Positions 11,683-25,374 of a stretch of DNA of 64,000 bases are shown piece by piece. Position 1 is the first letter of the stretch; the number at the start of each line of letters is the position of its first letter. The stretch comes from Vitrella brassicaformis CCMP3155. Taxonomy: Eukaryota; Protista; Chromerida. The translations under genes were made by a program, and so were the position numbers. The notes beneath the pieces were generated by a model that saw only the letters and a program-made list of their open reading frames with translations, was not told where the DNA came from and did no database searches. The stretch is from positions 12,385 through 76,384 of the forward strand of contig CDMY01000437.1 in NCBI GenBank assembly GCA_001179505.1, given 5' to 3'.

Positions 11683-13886
11683 TCAGCCGTTGCGCGCTGC
11701 ACCAAGTAGCAGACGTGTGTCCCAACCGCTTATGCGTCTGATGCTGAAGCCGTCGATCTTGGCGCCGTCAAGAAGGAAGGCGTCGATAGAACCACGCTGC
11801 TCAGGCGTCGTCTTGTCGACCAGCAGCTTGACAGACTGGAGTCCCCTGAGGTGCATGGTATGATCGGTCAGCGATGAAAGGCGGGCGCGGACGACGCTGC
11901 CGGCATCCTCCACATCATCAGGTACTGAAGGTGAACACACACAGAAGGCAGAAATGAGGATGGATGGACACAATGCCCTCTTCTCTCATCGTACGCGTCA
12001 TGGTGAATTCTAGTTCTCTGATGGTCGGCAGCTCGTCGGCCGCCCCCAGCAATGGGTCTAGTTGGTCGACACCGATCTCCCCCATCGGCACCACATCCAC
12101 CTCCCTCCCCCTCCCCAGTGCCGCCAACACGCCCACATTCTCCTCACCACCCGACATCCATCTGAGTCTCACCCCTTGCACCTTCTTCGGCACCTTGGCG
12201 GCCAGCAGCCGCCCGGCAGCACCACCCATTTCGCTCCAGACACACAGCTGTGAGGTCTTCGGGAACGGCTGGAGGTGTGTGATAATGGCGGGGTGGGGCG
12301 ATGGGGTGTTGGCCGGGGGGTAGAACCCAAAAGCATTCTGGACCGACACCGTCTCGGCCTTGTCGAATGAGAGGCTGGATGCGATGTCAATGGCCGCTGG
12401 TCTGGGGTCGGTGTGCGGGTCGGTGAGGCCGTCCTGACTGAAGACGTACATCACCGATGTGGCCTGCCGGGCCAGCTGCTGAATCACGGTCTTGAATGGG
12501 GGTGAGGGGCGGGAGGGGAAATCCGTGGCGTAGAAGATGGAGAGATCAAGTTGGAGAAGGCCGGTTGTGGTGACAGCGAGTTGAGCGTCCGATCGGCAGC
12601 AGGCGACGACCAGCCGCTCCACGGCGAGCAGGACGGGCAACGTGTAGCGGCTGATGGCGTAGCGGGCAGAAAAGCGGACGTGCAGCTGCTTGAGAGAACG
12701 CCGGCAGCCCCGCGTCAGCAGCGCCTCCTGAAGGAAAGAACACACAGATGCAGGAAGGACATCTTGAACCACCCACACGCGCTGCTGTAAATGTGCGTTG
12801 TGGTCACCTGAAGCCGGTCGATGCCCGCCGGATTGTCAAGTTCGACCAAGATGGTGCCGATGCTCTCGAAGTTGCGAAGTGGCCCTCCCTGCCGCCCGGC
12901 GGGTGCCTCAGGGATCACCTCAAACACACGCGCCCACTCGTCACCCCAATACGCCCCGTCGATGTGCTGCAGGGAGCGGGACGAGCTGATGAGTCGGCGC
13001 AGTCTGTCAGCCCACCACCCCTCCGGCCGCACGATGGCGAGTGAGGGCATCTGCCAGCCCCGGTAGGCCAGCCCATGATGGTGGTGGGTCAGGCCGGCAA
13101 TGGTGGTGAGCGCGTGGAGGGTGGGGGGCGCGTCGAGAGGCGCGGGGAGGGCTGGGTGAGTCCTCGTGACGGTTCGCCTCGCCGCGTCGGTCAGCCGAAC
13201 CCCTTCTTCGATGGTGATGGTCTGCAGGGTCCCGCCATCCATGTTGGCTGCCACCCGACCGGCAACGTGGCCCTCCACCAGGGCCACGAACACGTGAAGA
13301 CACCACATGGGGAAGCCCAGGGGGTAGCAGAGGACGACACACGCCAGCTTCGTCAGGTATGTCGCCCATTCGGTGACCAAATCGATGGTGGTCCTCTGCC
13401 AAAAGAACCGCTCGTCTTCGGCTGCGGCGCTCATGGTGAGGTGGTGCTGCTTGCGGGCGGCGTGCTGCCACGTCAGGGGCGGCAACTGCAGCTGCATGAG
13501 CAGATGGATGGGTAGGAAGGCCATGACGGTGCTGAGGAGACCGGGCTGTACACAGCCACGCAGCACACGGGACGGCAAGAGATATTCGTCAGGGTGTGCA
13601 TGCCCTCATTGCGTCGGGGCCACACTCACCGTGTCAGCGATTTGTTGCCGAAGGTCGCTCTCCGTCTCCTGACGTCGCTGCCGCTCCTCATCACTCTCAC
13701 CACTACCACCACCAGCAGATGCAGACGCAGTCGAAGCCGCAGCAGCCGGCGCGTCACCACAACAAGACCACCTGACCTGCACCCATACAGCAAACACACC
13801 AACACAGCCGACATCCGTCTGGTGAAATGCGCCATCCATTGCCAGCGGTGCTGTGGTCGCCTCACCTGTCTATCTCCCTCCTCCAT
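11683..13886 (-). CDS. Lineage-specific hypothetical protein (chromerid-type family), 5 exons
   Basis: Phase-consistent exons 13886-13866, 13777-13630, 13545-12808, 12727-11995 and 11924-11683. Long open coding exons: MEEGDRQ...PGLLSTVMAFLPIHLLMQL...QLARQATSV...LLLGAARNG*. Confidence 0.75.
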
Positions 13887-14487
13887 GGCCAGCTGTAGAT
13901 CTGATTCTGTAGAACTCCAATGCCTCCTCTGAGGCCGCTGATTAGCCACTGCTCACGGCTCTATGACGTCGCTCCCTGACACACGAACACACACAGCACA
14001 TGAGGCCTACACCGATGGCGAATTCGCCTTCTCCCTGCCTTGAAGTACCTCAGAGTCAGGAAGGACGGGACGCGAGGATGCCTGTCATTCGACCCATCGA
14101 TTTGAGGCGCAGCAGGCACAAAGGGGGGCCTCGGTCGCCCCTCAATGCTGCACACGGGCTGGTTCGCCTCTTGGTGCAAGTTTTATATCTGCGAGCTCGA
14201 AGGGGGTTCCTTCCCGAACACCTTGCCTCGTTTGGCATTTGTGTGTCGCCAGACTGCTCTGCGTTGGCAAAGGAACTCACCAATCGAAAAAATGACAAGA
14301 TGACTCATGACGCACGGCACATGGGGGTGTGAGACACGATGCCCACAGGGGGAGGGCCCGTCACTAGGCTGTCCTGCACTGCCCGCATCATCAAAATGCC
14401 ACACACCTTCAGGGGGGGGAGACGGGGGGCTGCGTTCAAACTTGAAACGCATCCTGGCCTTCCAAGAGTTCTTGATACATCAGCGCA

Positions 14488-16005
14488 ATGACGACGCTCA
14501 AGGCTTTTGTAGCGTTTACCATATGCTTTCTGGTGACCTCGACCACCGCCGTGGCCATCGGTAAGCATGGGCTGCAGCCAGCCGTGACGTGCTTTGGGCT
14601 GCCTCTTGTGTTGTCTTTCCAGAGGAAGACTACGACAGCTGTGAGGATTCGAGCTGCGCCACGGATGGCGGATTTGAATCCATCTCGGCTGGCATGTCCA
14701 GCAACCACAAAGACTACAAAAACGGTGAGGAACGGTGAGGGGCTGCATGGCTGGATGCATCGATGTCCAAGGGCAGATCTATGCATCTCCCTGGTTGTAT
14801 CCATCCATCCATACGTCCATTCATTCATTAAGGAGGTAGTTACTGTCCGCCCGCTGTGTGCAGGTGCGTCGTTTGTCGGCCGCACTCAGGAGGAGATCCA
14901 GACCATGACCGCCAATAAGCACGGTGCGCATGGACGTGAAAACACCCAGACTTATCCGTGGTACACTGTGTGTGTGTGTGTGGTGTGTGTGTGTGTGTGG
15001 TGTGTGTGTGTGTGTGCAGGTGTTGCATTGGGCGCTGGTGAGTTGTCGGTGTTGCAGCAGCAGATTCAGACCGGCAAGGCCATCCTGCAGTCGGCCACCA
15101 AACTCTACACGGCAGCCGACTCGCTCAAGGCCGCCGCCAACGACCTGAGGGCATCAGCAGTGGCGACCATCGATGACATAGCTGACCGCATGGGCGCCAT
15201 CATGGGCATCGAGCCGGGCACCATGGGTACACAATGATGCAGATCCCCTGCATATAGCGGAGGCCTTGCATGCAGCGCATATGTGCGTGTATACTGTCCA
15301 TTTTATTTGGCTTGTGTTGCTTTGTTTGTTGCCCGATGGATGGATGGATGGATGGATGTGTGTGTTGCGTTGTGTGCAGCCATGGACACCGACCAGCCCC
15401 ATTTCCTGATCCTCCACAAGGTCCATCCTTGGTCCATCCTTCCATGCCACACACGACATGTTGTCTTGCCTTCCTGCTTTCAGGGTGGAAAGTCGTCGCA
15501 ATCGGGAGGAAAGTCGGATAAAGAGTGGGAACACGAAGAGACGAAGCGGATAAAGCAGAAGACAAAGCAGGACCGTATAAACGCAGGTAGACAGGCAGAT
15601 GACGTACGTCAAATTGACATGTTTCTCTGTCTGTCTGTCTGGGTCCATATCCCCCGTGGCTTCAGGCGAGTGTAAGGACGACGGCGAGTGCACGGAGGAG
15701 GGCAAGTTCTGCTACAAGCACGTGACAGACCAGAAGAAGCTCTACACGCAGCAAATCGGGAAGTGCAAGGCAAGCGATAGATAGAGGTCAAGAAACCCCC
15801 TCTCTCTGATTGGTTGACTGCACGGTTGCAGAGGGCTGGCGGCCTTTGGGACGATGGGTGCGGCAAGGAGCACCCCTGGTCGAAGGAGCACCCCTGCGGC
15901 ACCGGCCTTAAGTGCCAGACAAAGACACACAGATTTTGGGCTGACATCGTCCCTATCGTAAACACGGTTCACGTCTGCCTCAAGCCTGAAAAAGAGAGTT
16001 ATTAG
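14488..16005 (+). CDS. Secreted protein with helical middle and 8-Cys C-terminal module
   Basis: Signal peptide MTTLKAFVAFTICFLVTSTTAVA. Exons 14488-14560, 14623-14724, 14864-14923, 15020-15226, 15666-15769 and 15832-16005. There are four phase-1 introns, and the last intron is GC-AG. Confidence 0.8.
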
Positions 16006-16641
16006 CAAGCTCGCCAGTCGAATGGCCAAACACCACACCACACAATTAGCTGGCACACTGTTAGTATGGTCACACCGATGGGCGACACCTATATGTGTCT
16101 CCATGTGTGTCTCCGCTGCCTGTCTGGCTGCCTGTCTGTCTCTCTGTCTGTCTGTCTGTCTGTCTGTCTGATGGGTAGATGGATGGATGTGTTGGCAATC
16201 GATGGCTGATTTAATTGCCTTTGTTGGTTGACGCACACACACACACACACACACGCTCACATGCGGACGCCCGGTTTTCTTTTTCTTACATCCATCGGTC
16301 GGTCGGTGTACAGATTTCGGACGGTCATGATGGACACGCCAGCTGTGGTGAACCGACGGCATTCATTCGTCAATGAATTGCACAGACAGCCCAATGTGTA
16401 TGTGCAGCCGTCCGGCCGACCTGTTGCTGACCGAGAGTCGCCGCGCAATCCCATTAACACCACGGGGTGATGCATGTTTGCACGGCCGTCTGTGCGGCCG
16501 TTTCATTCTCACAGGAGTTGACACATTGGTCTCAACGCGCAGCGCACATATAGAAGACCTCACGTCACGCACATCGATGAAGTCAGTAAGTGACTGACTG
16601 ACCAAACAAAAAGCAGACAGCCGCTCCCGCCGCCTACGTAT

Positions 16642-16678
16642 CATCGGCAGCCCCTGTCCGTCATCTGTAGAGCTGGCC
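16642..16678. repeat. Diverged copy of the 28-bp dispersed element
   Basis: CATCGGCAGCCCCTGTCCGTCATCTGTAGAGCTGGCCA. Its TCTGTAGAGCT tail matches the 17731 copy. Confidence 0.6.
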
Positions 16679-17189
16679 AGTCGTTAACACTATGACATGG
16701 ACACACCCACATACACACACACCTAAGCATGTCAGCTGACAAAACTGCCCCACTGCCCCTCCGCTATGATTCGTCGAGACAAGACAACCAGCCTGACAAA
16801 CACCTCCACACACACAATATAAGACCCTCACCTTGAGGCATCGAGAGCTGCAGTCATTCCTACATATGAGTGAGTGGTTTGAGAAATAATTGCATCGGGT
16901 GGAGGTGAGTGTGTCTTGAGTGTCTTGTTTTTATGCACCCCTTGCCGATGTTTTGTATATACACGTATGTACACGTGGGCGCCTGATTCACGTAAGGCAA
17001 CTTGTTTCAGTCGGTAGCCTTTCTCCTTGTCATGTGTGTCTGTTTCTCTCTGTGTGTGTCGGTGTGTGTGTGGGTGACGTCAAGCGCTCTAGAATTCTGA
17101 TCTCTCTCTCTCTCTCTCTGTCTGTGTGTGTGTCTGTGTGTGATGTGTGTGAGTGGCTGGGCAACGAGTGTGAAACACACACCGCCGTG

Positions 17190-17497
17190 TCTGTGTCAAT
17201 GTGTGTGCAGCAAGCAATGCGTCACACATGGATGGATGGACGGACACACAGAGAGTGTGGTGGACCGGTCGGCCTGTCTGCGGGCACATATATGTGTACA
17301 CATTCAGAGAGGGAGGGAGAGAGACAGATATCAGCCGTCAGCCACCACGTGCAGCAAACACCAACAATAGCAGATGGCGAGAGAGAGGCAAAACAGACAG
17401 ACAGAGAGACAGACAGACACGGCAGCCAGCCACTGATAAGTGCACACACGAATCGAGTGGCAGATAGACAGAGACTGACCAGTCGGAAAACCCACGC
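17190..17497 (+). repeat. ~300-bp local direct duplication, copy A
   Basis: Shares GCAAGCAA..GCGTCACA, GAGACAGATATCAGCC..CAGCCACCACGTGCAGCAAACACCAA and CAGAGACTGACC.GTCGG.AAACCCAC with 18277-18560. Confidence 0.8.
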
Positions 17498-17730
17498 GCA
17501 CCATTGAAGCCGTCTATGTGGCCGACAGTGCCGCTCACATCTCAACACCGCCGCCCAGGAATGCAACCGGACCAGGACGATTTGTGTGTTCATCTGTGTG
17601 CCTCTTCTCTCCCTCAGTGTGTACGTTTGTATGTGTGTAAGTACACATCTGGATGCCACGTTAAAGCGTGATTAAATATTGATTGATGCGGCATCATTGG
17701 GCATCTATGCCGCGTGCGTATCATTTACAC

Positions 17731-17758
17731 GCCAGCATCAGGCAGCCCCCGTCCGTCA
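17731..17758. repeat. 28-bp dispersed element (copy identical to 11436-11463)
   Basis: Exact match GCCAGCATCAGGCAGCCCCCGTCCGTCA. Confidence 0.75.
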
Positions 17759-18276
17759 ATCTGTAGAGCTAGCCACGTATGCACAGAGAGAGAGGGTTAT
17801 GTCAATCATTCATACATACATCAAGTCGATGTAAAGAGAGGAAGTAGAATGCATGTACGTATATACATAGATGTGTCCTAAGGACAAAACATACACAGAT
17901 GCCAGGGGGAGAGGAGACAGCTGACGTGAGGCAAGGCAGCAGAGATGGACCACAGGCACATGTGAATCCCACCCCACCCACCTCATGCAGCCACCCATCG
18001 CACCGCCACTGTGCAGCATGAGTAAGGAGAATTGGACTAAGTCGCTCAGTCCGCATTTGTATGTTCATAAAAGCGTCCAGCAAAAACGCCTCGGCGACAG
18101 AGTGCCATGCAGGAGCCGAACACGACATGAAGTCAGGACGACACACACACAGAAAAGAAGGGGACCCATCCGCCTGCCTCCCCACCAGCCACCAGCTATA
18201 CGCATCAATCAGTCGCCGAGGACCAACAAGCAGGCTAAAATGACTGACTGCATGGAAACAGTCTGTCTGTGCGTCT

Positions 18277-18560
18277 GTCTGTGTGTGTGGAGCAAGCAAC
18301 GCGTCACAGATGGATGGATGGATCGATGGATGGATGGACACATAGAGTGGGGTGCACATTCAGAGAGAGGGGGGGAGAGACAGATATCAGCCACCAGCCA
18401 CCACGTGCAGCAAACACCAATCGATGCAGTCATTCATTCATTCATACGAGAGAGAGGCAAAACAGACGGACAGACCAACCGGCATGGCCGCCAGCCACTG
18501 ATAAATGTATGCATGTGTCTATCAGGCAGATCGACAGAGACTGACCGGTCGGGAAACCCA
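18277..18560 (+). repeat. ~300-bp local direct duplication, copy B
   Basis: Homologous to 17190-17497. Confidence 0.8.
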
Positions 18561-18724
18561 CACACTGTAGGCCATGTGTGCGCTATCTTAGACATCTATA
18601 TCGACTCTGCCCAACCTGACAGACAAATGAAAAAACAGAGGGCACAGTCAGACAGCATTGGGTTTGTCGTATGTGTGGGCATCTTCTGCTCGTGTCAACC
18701 GTGTTTGGTGCATACCTCAGCTGT

Positions 18725-20104
18725 CTATCGCTCGAAAAGGATGGCTGAGATGACGGCCCCCAGCACCACCCGCGCCAGCCGAGTGGTCTGAGGGAAGCGG
18801 TCCTTGAAGGCATCGCCCACACCACACACAGCCGACTCGCTGGTCATGACCCACACCTGCACTGCAAACGAATGACAGGGGAGGACAGCAGCGGACAGCA
18901 CATGTCCTCACAGCAAGCGAGAGTGAGTGTTGTATGTGATTCCATGGGTTTGTCACCCTCCTCCCCCTCGCTGTGCCGTGCTGGGCTGACCAGTGTGGGA
19001 ATTGCCGTCGTGCATGACGGTGATCCACGCGACGAACGAGTGGCGGGCGTTGGTCAGGACGAGATTACGAGAACTCAAGCCGGCAGCGAAGCGAGCTGAT
19101 GTCGTGGTGGTGCATCCCTCCACTGGTGTGTGGGGGCATTGCGTCAGCAGGTTGAGCAGCCGGTTGCTGTCGACATGCCTGATCAGCCAAGACACACACA
19201 CATTCATCAGTCACTCGTGTGTCGTGGCAGTGCCCACACAGAGTGATGCTCCGCCTCACCTGTCGATAGCGCGGTCAGTGCTGCTGGCCTGGTGAGTCTT
19301 TTTGAAGTGGTTGATGACGATGCTCTTGACGAACGACGACACGGACGAGGAGTCCCATGGCAATGGCGCCAGCTGCACCCAGCCCTCGGTCAGCAGATAG
19401 TCGATGTTGCTGCGGACTGGGGGATCGTGCGGCTGTCGGTGCTGCTGGTAGGGGTGGTTGGCAGGGAGAGGCGGGTCGATGTCGATCTCGAAGCCGTCCT
19501 GGTCCTTGATGGCCCGCAGTGTGTTGTCGTGCTGGAACAGCTGGAAGGTCACGCCGTTGCCGAAGTCGATGTGGGGGCCGACCATCTTGAGCTGAGCCAA
19601 CACACGGGGAGCGGCCAAATACGCCTGCACACACAACACATCAACACACCACACACCGATTGAGAGCCATCCATTCTCCCTCCCTCCCTCAATCGGTTGG
19701 CTTACCGTCTTGTTTGGGTATTGGTGCAGATCGGCCGCAGTGAGCCTCACAGGCAGCTGGCAGCGGCCGCACTGCCCCGCCAGCTCGACCGCCTCGCGCA
19801 TCTCACTCCAGCCGCCCGCCTCCGTCACACACAGCGCCGCCAGGAGGCCGCCCACACCCATCTGCTGGTCGTCGAAGGTCAGCAGCTGCTGTCCGTCGGC
19901 CGCCCGCCGCAGCCCCGCCTGTGTGCTGAGCGAATGGCTGAGCCGCTGCCGCAGCTGAGGCGCTTTGAAGAGCTGTCTGAGCCAGCGGCGTGTGGCCCTC
20001 AGCTCCAGGATGTCATCGAGGCTGAGCAGGTAGAAGGTGCGGCGGCCGACGAAGATGTACTCGATGGGATGCTGCTGCTGCTGGTCGGGCTGCTGTTGCT
20101 GCAT
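18725..20104 (-). CDS. Lineage-specific multigene family protein (QQQQHP...HQYPNKT...AYLAAPRVLAQLKMVG family), copy 1
   Basis: Four exons: MQQQQPDQQQQHPIEYIF...HQYPNKT | AYLAAPRVL...AIDR | HVDSNRLL...GNSHT | VQVWV...AVISAILFER*. The intron positions match the copies at 43190-44539 and 50707-52045. Confidence 0.85.
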
Positions 20105-20284
20105 GCCTGTCGAGGCCGTCAGATCTGCAGACAGGCAGCTTGGCGAGAGAGAGGGGAGGGCGGGCGGGGGAGGCGATGCCCCAAGACGCGATGCCGGGCA
20201 ACCGGGAAGCAGAAGACGATGCGGGAAGGTCGGTCGGTCGGTCGGTCGGTCGGTTAAAAAGGGAAGGAGGGGAGTGCCTTGCCA

Positions 20285-20296
20285 GCTTAGCTCGCA
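20285..20296 (+). promoter_or_regulatory. Candidate promoter motif GCTTAGCTCGCA in a divergent spacer
   Basis: The same 11-12mer occurs at 29510-29521 (reverse), 41393-41404 and 44668-44678, all between head-to-head genes. Confidence 0.45.
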
Positions 20297-20409
20297 CCTT
20301 CCCCCCGGCGAAACCGCTGCCCCCCGGCGAAGGTGTCATGCAGAGGGGAATGAGTTGAGCAGGATAGTCACCACCAAGATCTTCTTACAGCCAGCCTACG
20401 CAATCAGTC

Positions 20410-23400
20410 ATGGAAGAGGAGTCTGCCGCACCAGCTCAGGAAGAGGAGGAAGGCAACGGCGAAGGCGAGGGCATGGAGACCGAGGAGCAGGAAGACCTCG
20501 CCGAGCAGCAAGGCGATGAAGAGCTGGCGGCTGCGGAGGATGAAGAAATGGGTGAAGGCGAAGAGGAAGAGCAGGAGTGGGACGAGGAGGAATGGGGCGA
20601 AGAGGGCGAGGGATGGGAGTGGCAAGTGGAGGGAGAGGGAGAGGAAGAGGAAGAGGTAGAGGAGGAGGAGGAGGAGGAAGAACAAGAGCCGGCGGCTGAA
20701 GAGGAGGCGCAACCCGAGGAGGCAGATGAAGATGAACCGATGAATCAGGGCGACGAACAGCAGCCAGACCAGCTACAAGGTGAGCGCGGCCAGCCTCTCG
20801 CTCGTCTCACTCACACATGCGCCTTCTCCTCTTTTGTCGTGTGTGGTGTTTGCAGCCGCCGCACACGAGCCGCCGGCTGAACAACCCGGAGATCAGCCCG
20901 CCGCTCATCGCATGGAGCCTGCCGGCCAGCCATCTCCCTCGCTATCCCCAACACCGTCACCATCGCCTTCACCATCACCCGAGGCCCCTCAAGCGCCACG
21001 CACTGAAGAGGATGCCGACGCCGACCAAGTCGACCAGGCCATGCACGAGCAGGACGAAAGCGGCCCAGCCCAGCCCGACCAGCAGCCACAGCCAGAAGAG
21101 GCCAAGGACGCCGAGGCGCCAGCAGCCGAGGCGCTAGCAGCCGAGGCTGGCGTGGAGGAGGAGGAAGAGGAGGACAAATTGGCCGAGCAACCGCCAGACC
21201 ACGCGGCACCTGCGGCGGGTGAGATCGAGGCCCATGCCGTGCCTGACGAGGGAGCAGGACAGCCACAGCCAGAAGAGACCGAAGAGGTCGAGGAGGCCGC
21301 TGCCGATGCTGAGCAAGAGCAAGAGGGAGAGACTGAGAAGCAACAGGGAGAGGGAGAGGAGGAGAGGCCGGCAGAGTCGCCACCAGAGGCTGAGGGAGAG
21401 GCTGAGGCTGCCCCAGCGGGTGAGGCCGAGCCACCTGCTCAGATTGGCGAGGAGGCTGAGCAGCCAGAGGTCCAGGAGGTCGAGATGGAGGCCGCTGCAG
21501 AAGATGTCGAGGTCACGGCCACAGAGGAGGCCGCAGGGGAGGGGGTCGGCGAAGGGGAGGGAGAGGGGGAGGGAGAAGGAGAGGGAGATGGCCAGGCGTC
21601 GCAACAGGAGCCTATCGAGACCGAGGGAGCTCAGCCGACCGATGAGGAGGAGCCCTCTGTCCTTGCTCCCTCACCGGCCGCCGACCAAGACACAGCCGGC
21701 GAGAGAGGTCAGCCGACCGCCCAGGACGAGGCGACGACCGTCGCTCAAGAGCCCAGCGCACCCCCGCCCCCACCGCCCACCGACCAAGAAATGGCCGCAG
21801 CGGAGCCGCCAGCTGAGGAAGCCATCATGGCCCGAGTTCGAGAGCTCGAAGCGGCTCTGCAGTCGAGCAGGCAGGAGCTGACTCAGACATGCGAGACGTC
21901 CAGCAAGCAGGCAGAGGAGTACCAGCGTCAGATCGCCACGCTCTCGGCATCGGTGGCCGACCACGAGAAGCACACCGCGCAGCTGGACGATCAACTGCGG
22001 GTGGAGAAGGACAAGTCGGCTGCGGCGGTTCAGCAGTGTGATGCGCTCAGCAAGGACAAGACGGCCGCCGAGCAACGCGCCAGCGACCTCGCACGACAGC
22101 TAGAAGAGGCCAAGAAAGAGACGGAGAATCTTCGCGCGGCCATGGCGGCGTCGTCCACTGAGCTCTCTGACGAGCTTGGTGTCGAGAAGGAGAAGAACAC
22201 CGCCGCGCAAGCGCAGATCGAGGGCCTGCAGAAGGAGAGGGACGGGCTGTCGCAGCAGCTGGCCGAAGTCCAAGAGGAGCTCCAGACGCGGATGGCCGAG
22301 GCGGAGCGGGGCTTCATGGCCATGAGTGAGGAGTCGACCAGGCTGGCAGACGAGCTGACCCGCCAGAAGGAAGCTACAGCCGCGGCGTCAGCCGACCACG
22401 ACGCCCAGACAACCGCTCTCGCACAGGAGCTGCAAGCCGAGAGAGACAAGAGCGCCGCCGCCCTGCACCAGGTCGAGACGCTCGAGAAGGAGAGAACCGA
22501 CCTGTTCGAGCAGCTTTCCACGGCTCTCGCTGACGGCAAGGCCACCGCCACCGAGCTGGCGACGATCCGCCACCAACATGAGAGACAAGAGAGGCACCTG
22601 CAGCGGCTGGAGGCCGAGAGCAGCCAGCGATCGTCTCTCGAGGCCCGGCTGGCAACAGAGGTGGAGTCACGAAGGCGGGCCATCGAGGCGCTCAGCGGGC
22701 TGCAGACAAAGCTCGACGAGCAGACGGCTGAGCTGAGCCGTTTGCGGAGGCTGGAGAGGGTGGTGGGTGAGCAGAAGCCGGCGCTTCTCAAGTCGCTTGA
22801 GGAGATGGACAAGATGCGCAAGACGGCCATCGAAGAGAGGAATGCGTGGCGACGACAATACGCCGACAGCCAGGCGGTGAGTCAATGAAGGAGGGAGGGA
22901 ACCGATACACAGCCCGACTCGGTGGCCTCCTGCTCTGTGTGTGTTGTCGTTATCAGCGATGTGAGTCGTTGGAGTCGAAGCTGCGTTCAGTGGAGAAGGA
23001 GCTCGAGGAGGCCAAGGTCACGGCATCCAACGCGCCACAGCCACCCCCAGACCAGCAGGCGGCAGCAGCTGCAGCCGCCGCCGCCGCCGCCGCCCAGGCA
23101 GCAACACTCGAGGTGGACAAGGCGGTTGTGCGGGAGCAGCTGCTGGCCAAGGTCGACCAGGCCCTGGCTGAGAGGGAGTACGGCAAGATGGACGTGGTGG
23201 AGGTCTTCCAGGCCCTGTCGGTGCTCTGCGAAGGCGAGGGCAAACCTGCCGTAAACAATCTACTAGAACAGGGGGGCGACACGCGTGTTGGTTTGCCATT
23301 CTCTCTCCTCTCTGTGTGTGTATGTGTGTGAATGTGGTGTGGTCAGTCTGCTTTGGACACGCTGAATCTGCTCAAGGGCATGCACCAGTCCTACGAGCTG

Positions 23401-24282
23401 GTCGGTCAGGATCCCCCCCCACATACACAGAGAGACAGAGAGAGAGAGAGGGAGCGAGAGAGGGAGGGACGGTAGATACACACACCACACATCCCTCCAT
23501 GTGTGTGCCACGGATGCCGTCAGATGCGCAAGTACTCCAAGCAAGCCGAGGAGGAGCAGGTGCGGCTGCTCGACCTCAACCGCCAGATGGAGCGTCTCGA
23601 GGCCGACCGACACGCACTCGCCGAGTGGAAGAAGGCACACGAAGAAGTCGTGCAGAACTGGGTGAGGCCGCCTTGACAACAGCAGCAGCAAGGAGTTGCT
23701 GTGTGCTGTGTGGTAGTACCGTCTTGCTCGTATGTGTGTGTGTGTGTGTGTGGTGTGCAGGAGGAAGAGCGGAAGATGCTGGTGGAGCATGCCGACGCCA
23801 AGATCTTCGTGCAGGAGAAACTCTGCCGCTCCGAACAGCAGAACGAGTCCCTACGAAGACAGGTCAGTGTCTCAATGACACACACACACATCCATCCATC
23901 CATCCATCTCTCTCTCACTGGTCCTGTGTGCTGTGTGTGTCAGCTGATAGCCCGTGACGCCACCATCCTGAAGCAGCGTGCCGCTCTTGACACACGGGAC
24001 GCCGTCCTGGGCGAAAAACTCACCACCATGATCAACAACGGTGGGTACCAAGAGGGGGGCCATCTGTGAGTGAGTGGCGAGGCGACCAACTATCTCGGTG
24101 TTTGTGTTTGTATGTGTGTGTGTGTGTGTGTGGACACAGGCATGGTGCCAATGGAGGAGGTCGTGTCGAAGCTGAGTGCCGCCGAGCTCCAGGAGTACCG
24201 GCGCGACCCCAAGGCTGTCCTCAACGACATACTCGACCAGAACAGGTGTGCAGGGTGCAGCCAGTGGGCGGCCGTGAAGGCG

Positions 24283-24313
<31 letters not shown>

Positions 24314-25337
24314 TGCAGGACGTACCTATGTGAGATGGACGAGTGGGTGAGCGGCCGCAAGGATGACCTCGTCGAGACGAAACTGCGGCTGCAGCAGCAG
24401 GAGGAGAGCCTCAAGGAAACCCAGTACCTGAGCTGAGCTAGACAGACTCACTCACTCAGCGCTACACACACATGGACTGCCTGCCTGCCTGCCTGCTTGT
24501 TCCCTCTCTCTCTCAGGAAGAGCCTTCAGCTGCTGACTGCGGCCCACAGCGACACAATGGCGCAGAAGACCGAAGCCGTCACCAAAAGGTGCGACCACTC
24601 GTCCACTCGTCCATTCAGCCACCTCGGTTGTTGTCCGTGTGTCGTGCAGCAAGCAGCTGGAGTCTGAGCTGCAGCAGGTCAGGAAGGACTGCCACCAGTG
24701 GGAAGTCCGCTACCACAACGTCGAGCGCATCAGCAAAGAGGCCGAAAAGAAGGTACGTGACAGTGACAGTGACACCACCACCACCACCACACGCCATTGC
24801 ACCTGTGTGTGTGTGTGTCTGTGTGTGTGGGTCACTGGTTCAGGTCAAGGCGTTGGAAGAGGACGTGCAGCGTCTGCAGAGCGAGCTGACTGGTGTGAGG
24901 GGCGAGCTCACCGAGGCCACCAAAAGACTGTCGGAGGACGACATTCAGAGGGAGGCGGAGCGACTCAAGCAAGAAGTCGCCGCACTGGTGCGCACCCCTC
25001 CCCGCCACACACACACGTGCAACTGAATGCGTGTGAGTGTGTGTGTGTTTAGGAGCGGCAGCTGCGCTTACGTGAGGAGCAGGGCAAGGCGTTCGAGCAG
25101 CTCAAGCAGGAGAATCTGGACCTCAAGCTGCGCATCAACTCGCACAGGGAGGCGCAGCTGGAGAGCCAGGTGCTGGAGCTCAAGCAGCTCGTGGCGAGAT
25201 ACAAGGACCAGAACGAGGGGCTCCACGACAAACTCGCAAAGGTGCAGGTCGACATCCTCATACAGAAAACAGAGCTGACGCAGCTGCAGGTGCGCACAGA
25301 CGGACAGACACACAGACAGACACCATGGATGGCATTG

Positions 25338-25374
<37 letters not shown>

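Noticed and set aside
13950-14480. Microsatellite-free stretch with Cys/His and WRH residues suggesting a non-LTR retrotransposon zinc-knuckle relic
   Set aside because: Motif spacing does not fit, no RT or endonuclease lies nearby, and it coincides with a divergent promoter spacer.
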